Positions 60,099 to 64,000 of a DNA stretch of 64,000 nt are shown here, piece by piece. A program made the translations under genes and the position numbers. The notes under the pieces are model-generated. The model made no database searches. It had not been told where the DNA came from and saw only the letters and a list, made by a program, of their open reading frames with translations. Position 1 is the first letter of the stretch; every line of letters begins with the position of its first letter. Origin of the DNA: a virus; the IMG/VR virus record IMGVR_UViG_3300033232_000045, positions 1-64,000 of that record, one strand, 5' to 3'.

Positions 60099-60724
60099 CC
60101 GCTGCGCCCATACCTTATTTGCGTGGCTGCTACGGGGCACTGTCGGTATTCCAGCATGGCTCGCCCACCTGTGGGCGGTGCGCAAACTTCGTTGCATGCG
60201 GTGAAGCGGTGCGGGAGACCCTGACCCTTGTCGGAGCTCAGGTGGATGCTTCTGACTTCGCTCTAGAGTACCGTAACGGGGCGATTAAAGCGGGGGAGAT
60301 GCCCGAGCCCCCGCCCGCCGAGCAGCAGTCTCCGCTGGTCGAACGCAAGACGCCGGCGCGCAAGGTGAAGTACGTTCTGTCGGAAGAGCAGCAGGTGATC
60401 TGCGAAGGTCTGCCTAAAAAGGCGGCGAGGGTGCTCGACACGCTGATTCGCAACGGGAAGTTGGAGGCAATGCAGGAGGCGCCGAAGAAGGGCATGAACC
60501 CGTTTCGGGACGCCGCGCCGAACTGGCTGGAGGTCGCGTACGACGCGCTATTAGCCGGGGGCTTTTCCAAGAAAGAATTGAAAGAATTGCTCATGACGAA
60601 ATTGCAGTGGGGCGAGACAACTGCCTTCCCGCACGTCACGAAGACGGTCGCCATTCTGACCTCAATCGGAGTGATCGAGGAGCGGGGCGGACGATTCGTC
60701 CTTACCGAACACAACGAGGAATGA
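60095..60724 (+). CDS. hypothetical protein, 209 aa (N-terminal Cys cluster, C-terminal wHTH-like)
   Basis: Track ORF, ATGA-coupled to the sigma factor gene. Confidence 0.55.
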   Translation: MTAAPIPYLRGCYGALSVFQHGSPTCGRCANFVACGEAVRETLTLVGAQVDASDFALEYRNGAIKAGEMPEPPPAEQQSPLVERKTPARKVKYVLSEEQQVICEGLPKKAARVLDTLIRNGKLEAMQEAPKKGMNPFRDAAPNWLEVAYDALLAGGFSKKELKELLMTKLQWGETTAFPHVTKTVAILTSIGVIEERGGRFVLTEHNEE

Positions 60725-60725
60725 T

Positions 60726-61368
60726 ATGAACCTGAAGCATCACATGAACTTATGCCAAGACCAACGATAGACCTTGAGGGCCACACGTTTGGGCGGCTGA
60801 CCGTCGTATCGCGCATTGGCACGGACGACAAGACTCGCGCTGCGGTATGGCGATGCGCGTGCTCGTGCGGTGGCGAAGTAAATGTTCGATCTGACGTGCT
60901 TAGGGCCGGAAAGTCACAGTCTTGCGGCTGTCTTGCGAAAGGGCTGTTATCCGCTCGGGCGAAAAAGCATGGAATGTCGAGGACTCCAACATGGAATTCG
61001 TGGCACAGCATGGTCAGGCGATGCACAGATGAGTCCTACCCTGCATACCAGACCTACGGCAAGGTGGGGGTCGAAGTTTGCGACAGATGGGTCGGATCGT
61101 TCGAGAACTTTCTCGACGATATGGGCGAGCGTCCAGATGGAATGACTATCGACAGAAGGGACAACGCAAAGGGATATTTCCCGGAAAACTGTAGATGGGC
61201 AACGGCAGAGCAGCAGTCGCGCAATCGAGGCGACTACAACGTCACCTTTGTTCACGCTGGAAGCGCAGTGAGTGCAAAAGAGCTTGCAAAGATTAAGGGC
61301 GTGTCGCTCGCCACTGCGTACCGAATTATAAAGAAAGGAATCTGATGAATTTACGACACCATATGAAT
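60726..61368 (+). mobile_element. free-standing homing-endonuclease cassette flanked by duplicated, recoded dnaE start codons
   Basis: 60726 ATGAACCTGAAGCATCACATGAAC (MNLKHHMN, then stop after 14 codons) versus 61345 ATGAATTTACGACACCATATGAAT (MNLRHHMN, true dnaE start). Confidence 0.55.
60752..61345 (+). CDS. homing-endonuclease-like protein; paralog of 4353-5114
   Basis: FGRLTVV..C.CSCG..SCGC; YGKVGVEVCDRW; DRRDNAKGYFPENCRWAT.EQQ.RN; C-terminal HTH SAKELAKIKGVSLATAYRIIKKG. Confidence 0.6.
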   Translation: MPRPTIDLEGHTFGRLTVVSRIGTDDKTRAAVWRCACSCGGEVNVRSDVLRAGKSQSCGCLAKGLLSARAKKHGMSRTPTWNSWHSMVRRCTDESYPAYQTYGKVGVEVCDRWVGSFENFLDDMGERPDGMTIDRRDNAKGYFPENCRWATAEQQSRNRGDYNVTFVHAGSAVSAKELAKIKGVSLATAYRIIKKGI

Positions 61369-64000
61369 GTGAGGTCCGACTTCTCACTCGGGGAGTCCAT
61401 GCTGCAGGTCAAGCAGCTCACCAAGCGGGCGAAGGAAGAGGACTACGAGTCCGTCGCCCTGGTGGACACCATGACGATTTCGAGCATGGTGGACTTCACG
61501 AATGCCGCCAAGAAGGAGGGGCTGCGCCCCATCGTCGGGGTGCGCATCCGTGTGGTCGCTGATCCCACCTATCGCAAGCCGCCGAAGAGCTCGGGTGAGG
61601 TCGAAAAGCCGAACCCGATGTACTACCTGAAGGCGTTCCCAATCAATGATAACGGCATCAGGAACATTATGGCGCTGCTGTCGAAGGCGAACAGCGAGGA
61701 ATACTTCTACTACCACGCCCGAGTGGGTCTGGAAGACGTGGTGCAGCTCGAAGACTGTGTGATAACTACCGGCGATATTCAGACGCTCTGGCATCTGGAG
61801 AACCGCGACGAAATCATGCTGCGCCTGCAGTGCGAGCTCACTGATCGCCTGTTTGTCGAGCTTGTACCTATCAACACGCCGCTGTTTGACAAGCTGAACG
61901 CGTTCGCCTGCAGGGCTGCGGAACAGTGGGGTTCGTCGCTGGTCGCGACCTACCCGTCCGCATATCTGGACGACGCCCACGCTGAAACGATGGAGGTGCT
62001 GGCTGCGATCACTAGTAACACGCAGATGGATGCCGGCTGGCGCTCAATTCAGTACGTTAGGGATTTCTCGATCAAGGCACCCAACGAGCTCGCAAGGCGG
62101 GCATTGGGGGCGGCGGGGCGCATGAGCCGGCGCTACGGGGAGAACTTCGGTAGGCACTGGAAGAGCGCGCTCGAAGGTGTTGAGAGCCTTGCTTCACTGT
62201 GCGAGTACGAATTCAAGAAGCAGGCGCCCTGTCTGCCGGTGATGGCTGAAAACGAGTTCGGTGAGCTGATGCGCCAGGTCAAGCAGGGCTGGGCACGTCG
62301 GTTCTCCGAGCCGGTGCTGGGCCACAAGCCTGAAGGGGCGGAGTTGGATCGCTACAAGGCGCGCCTGGTGTACGAGCTGGAAATTCTGAAGTCGATGGGC
62401 TTCAGCAATTACTTTTTGCTGGTGCAGGACTTGGTGATGTGGGCAAAGCAAAACGACATCATCGTCGGCCCCGGTCGAGGTTCGGTCGGGGGCAGCCTAG
62501 TCGCCTACCTGCTGGGCATTACGGACGTTGACCCGATTCGATTCAACCTGTTCTTCGAGCGCTTTATCAATCCCGAACGTCAGGACTTGCCCGACGCCGA
62601 CCTCGACTTCATGTCTACCAAGCGTCACCTCGTCGTGGAATACCTGCGCGAGAAGTACGGGGCGGACCGTGTCGCTGGTATCTCGAACTACGCCACCCTC
62701 GCGTCCGCCTCCGCACTGCGCGACTCAGGCCGGGTGTTCGGGCGGGAGCAGCATGAGTTGTCCTGCACTAAGCTGGTGCCGAAAGAGCACGGGCGCAGCT
62801 TCACGCTGGACGAAGCCGCCAACGCGGTGCCCGATATCGACAAATTCAAGGGCGAGAACCCCATGCTATGGGAGCACGCGACCCGTCTGGAGGGCGCCAT
62901 GCGCTCGTTCGGGCAACATGCAGCGGGCATCGTGGTGGCGGGCGAGCCCATCGTCAATCGTGCAGTGGTCGAATCCCGTACCGGCGGCGACGTGGTCAAC
63001 TGGGATAAGCGCTCGGTCGAGGACTGGGGGTTGATCAAGATGGATATTCTGGGTCTGTCCACGCTCGACACGCTGGAGCTGGCGAAGCAGATGATCTTCG
63101 AGCGTCACGAACAGGTGGTCGATTACATTCGTCTGCCGCTGGACGACAAGGCGATCATGGAAGAGTTCGGGCGCGGCAACACGACCGGAGTGTTCCAGTT
63201 CGATTCCCCTGGCATGAAGAAGCTGTTGAAGGACTTGGCGCTGGGCGGTCAACTGACGTTCGACGACATTACCGCCGCCACCGCGCTGTACCGTCCGGGT
63301 CCGCTCGACTCGGGCCTGCTCGACGACTTCGTGGCGATCAAGCAGGGGGTCAGGGACGTGTCTTACATCCACCCCGCCGTCGAAACCGCCCTGAAGGAAA
63401 CCTACGGGGTCATCGTGTACCAGGAACAGGTGATGCAGGTAGCACGCGACCTATGCGGGTTCACGCTGGCAGAAGCGGACAACCTGCGGAAAGCGATCGG
63501 TAAGAAGGACGCGGAGAAGATGGCATCGATGGGCGAGAAGTTCACCAATGGCGCCGTCAACCTGTCGGGCTTGCCCCTGCACCAGGCGACCGAATTGTGG
63601 GAAGCGATCATGAACTTCGCCGCCTACTCGTTCAACAAATCGCACTCGGTCGAGTATTCCATCATTTCGGTCTGGACGATGTGGGTGAAGGTCTACTTCC
63701 CGCAGGAGTTTTTTGCAGCGTCCATGACGACAGCGGCGTCGACCGGCAACAACAGCGAGGACAAATTGTACGGGCTGGTGCGGGATGCGCGGGAGAACGG
63801 CATCGAGGTCTATCCACCTGACATCAACCGCTCCAGTGGACGCTTCGAGGTGCGCGACGAGAAGACCGTGCTGGCGCCCTTCCAGGCGATCAAGGGGGTG
63901 TCCGACAACACGGTCAAGGTCATCCTGGATGCGCGCTCGAAGGCTGACGGCGAATGGTTCAAGACCAAAGAGGAGTTTTTGGCGCTGGTAAATAAGACAA
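61345..64000 (+). CDS. dnaE: DNA polymerase III alpha subunit (DnaE-type), 5' partial in the window
   Basis: Frame open from ATG 61345 to the window end (not in the track because there is no stop); PHP-domain N-terminus; GPGRGSVGGSLVAYLLGITDVDPIRFNLFFERFINPERQDLPDADLDF; YGVIVYQEQVMQ. Confidence 0.9.
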   Translation, partial: MNLRHHMNVRSDFSLGESMLQVKQLTKRAKEEDYESVALVDTMTISSMVDFTNAAKKEGLRPIVGVRIRVVADPTYRKPPKSSGEVEKPNPMYYLKAFPINDNGIRNIMALLSKANSEEYFYYHARVGLEDVVQLEDCVITTGDIQTLWHLENRDEIMLRLQCELTDRLFVELVPINTPLFDKLNAFACRAAEQWGSSLVATYPSAYLDDAHAETMEVLAAITSNTQMDAGWRSIQYVRDFSIKAPNELARRALGAAGRMSRRYGENFGRHWKSALEGVESLASLCEYEFKKQAPCLPVMAENEFGELMRQVKQGWARRFSEPVLGHKPEGAELDRYKARLVYELEILKSMGFSNYFLLVQDLVMWAKQNDIIVGPGRGSVGGSLVAYLLGITDVDPIRFNLFFERFINPERQDLPDADLDFMSTKRHLVVEYLREKYGADRVAGISNYATLASASALRDSGRVFGREQHELSCTKLVPKEHGRSFTLDEAANAVPDIDKFKGENPMLWEHATRLEGAMRSFGQHAAGIVVAGEPIVNRAVVESRTGGDVVNWDKRSVEDWGLIKMDILGLSTLDTLELAKQMIFERHEQVVDYIRLPLDDKAIMEEFGRGNTTGVFQFDSPGMKKLLKDLALGGQLTFDDITAATALYRPGPLDSGLLDDFVAIKQGVRDVSYIHPAVETALKETYGVIVYQEQVMQVARDLCGFTLAEADNLRKAIGKKDAEKMASMGEKFTNGAVNLSGLPLHQATELWEAIMNFAAYSFNKSHSVEYSIISVWTMWVKVYFPQEFFAASMTTAASTGNNSEDKLYGLVRDARENGIEVYPPDINRSSGRFEVRDEKTVLAPFQAIKGVSDNTVKVILDARSKADGEWFKTKEEFLALVNKT

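Overview
The window is almost entirely a GC-rich, tailed (siphovirus-type) phage genome with plasmid-like maintenance genes. No rRNA, tRNA, CRISPR array or integrase was recognised. Order of modules: (1) 1-5100, small early genes, an SF2 helicase and a homing-endonuclease-like gene. (2) 5180-9139, a tight operon of two ParB/Srx-domain proteins, an ABC-type ATPase, a GNAT-like protein and a wHTH protein. I cannot assign it to a named system, and it is my best candidate for an undescribed nucleic-acid modification or counter-defence module. (3) 9644-10161, a repeat- and AT-rich non-coding region, followed by a promoter, short leader and terminator in front of the late operon. (4) 10162-38325, the late operon: terS, terL, portal, scaffold, capsid, connector genes, tail tube, G/GT frameshift chaperones, tape measure, lambda-like gpM/L/K/I/J (J carries an N-terminal Hint/intein-like domain), a giant LamG fibre and two fibres with a shared N-terminus. 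(5) 38609-40601, a lysis cassette: SNase-like nuclease, M15 endolysin, holin, and an i-spanin with an embedded o-spanin. (6) 40651-51456, replication and nucleotide genes: HTH-metallophosphoesterase, PhoH, an Sm/Hfq-like protein, DnaB-type helicase, primase, WGR protein, ATP-dependent ligase and a guanylate-kinase-like protein. (7) 51490-55425 on the minus strand, a maintenance block: six 18-bp iterons, a wHTH Rep-like protein, an RHH protein, ParA and an XRE-type repressor. This suggests a phage-plasmid lifestyle. (8) 56182-64000: CobT-like vWA protein, CobS-like AAA+ protein, a phage sigma factor, a second homing-endonuclease-like gene inserted at the 5' end of dnaE, and a partial dnaE. Across the whole window, an orientation-biased 18-bp motif TAAGTCA-N4-TGAYTTA recurs at least 20 times in the short gaps between genes. 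Many antisense ORFs in the track are GC-driven shadow ORFs and were not called.
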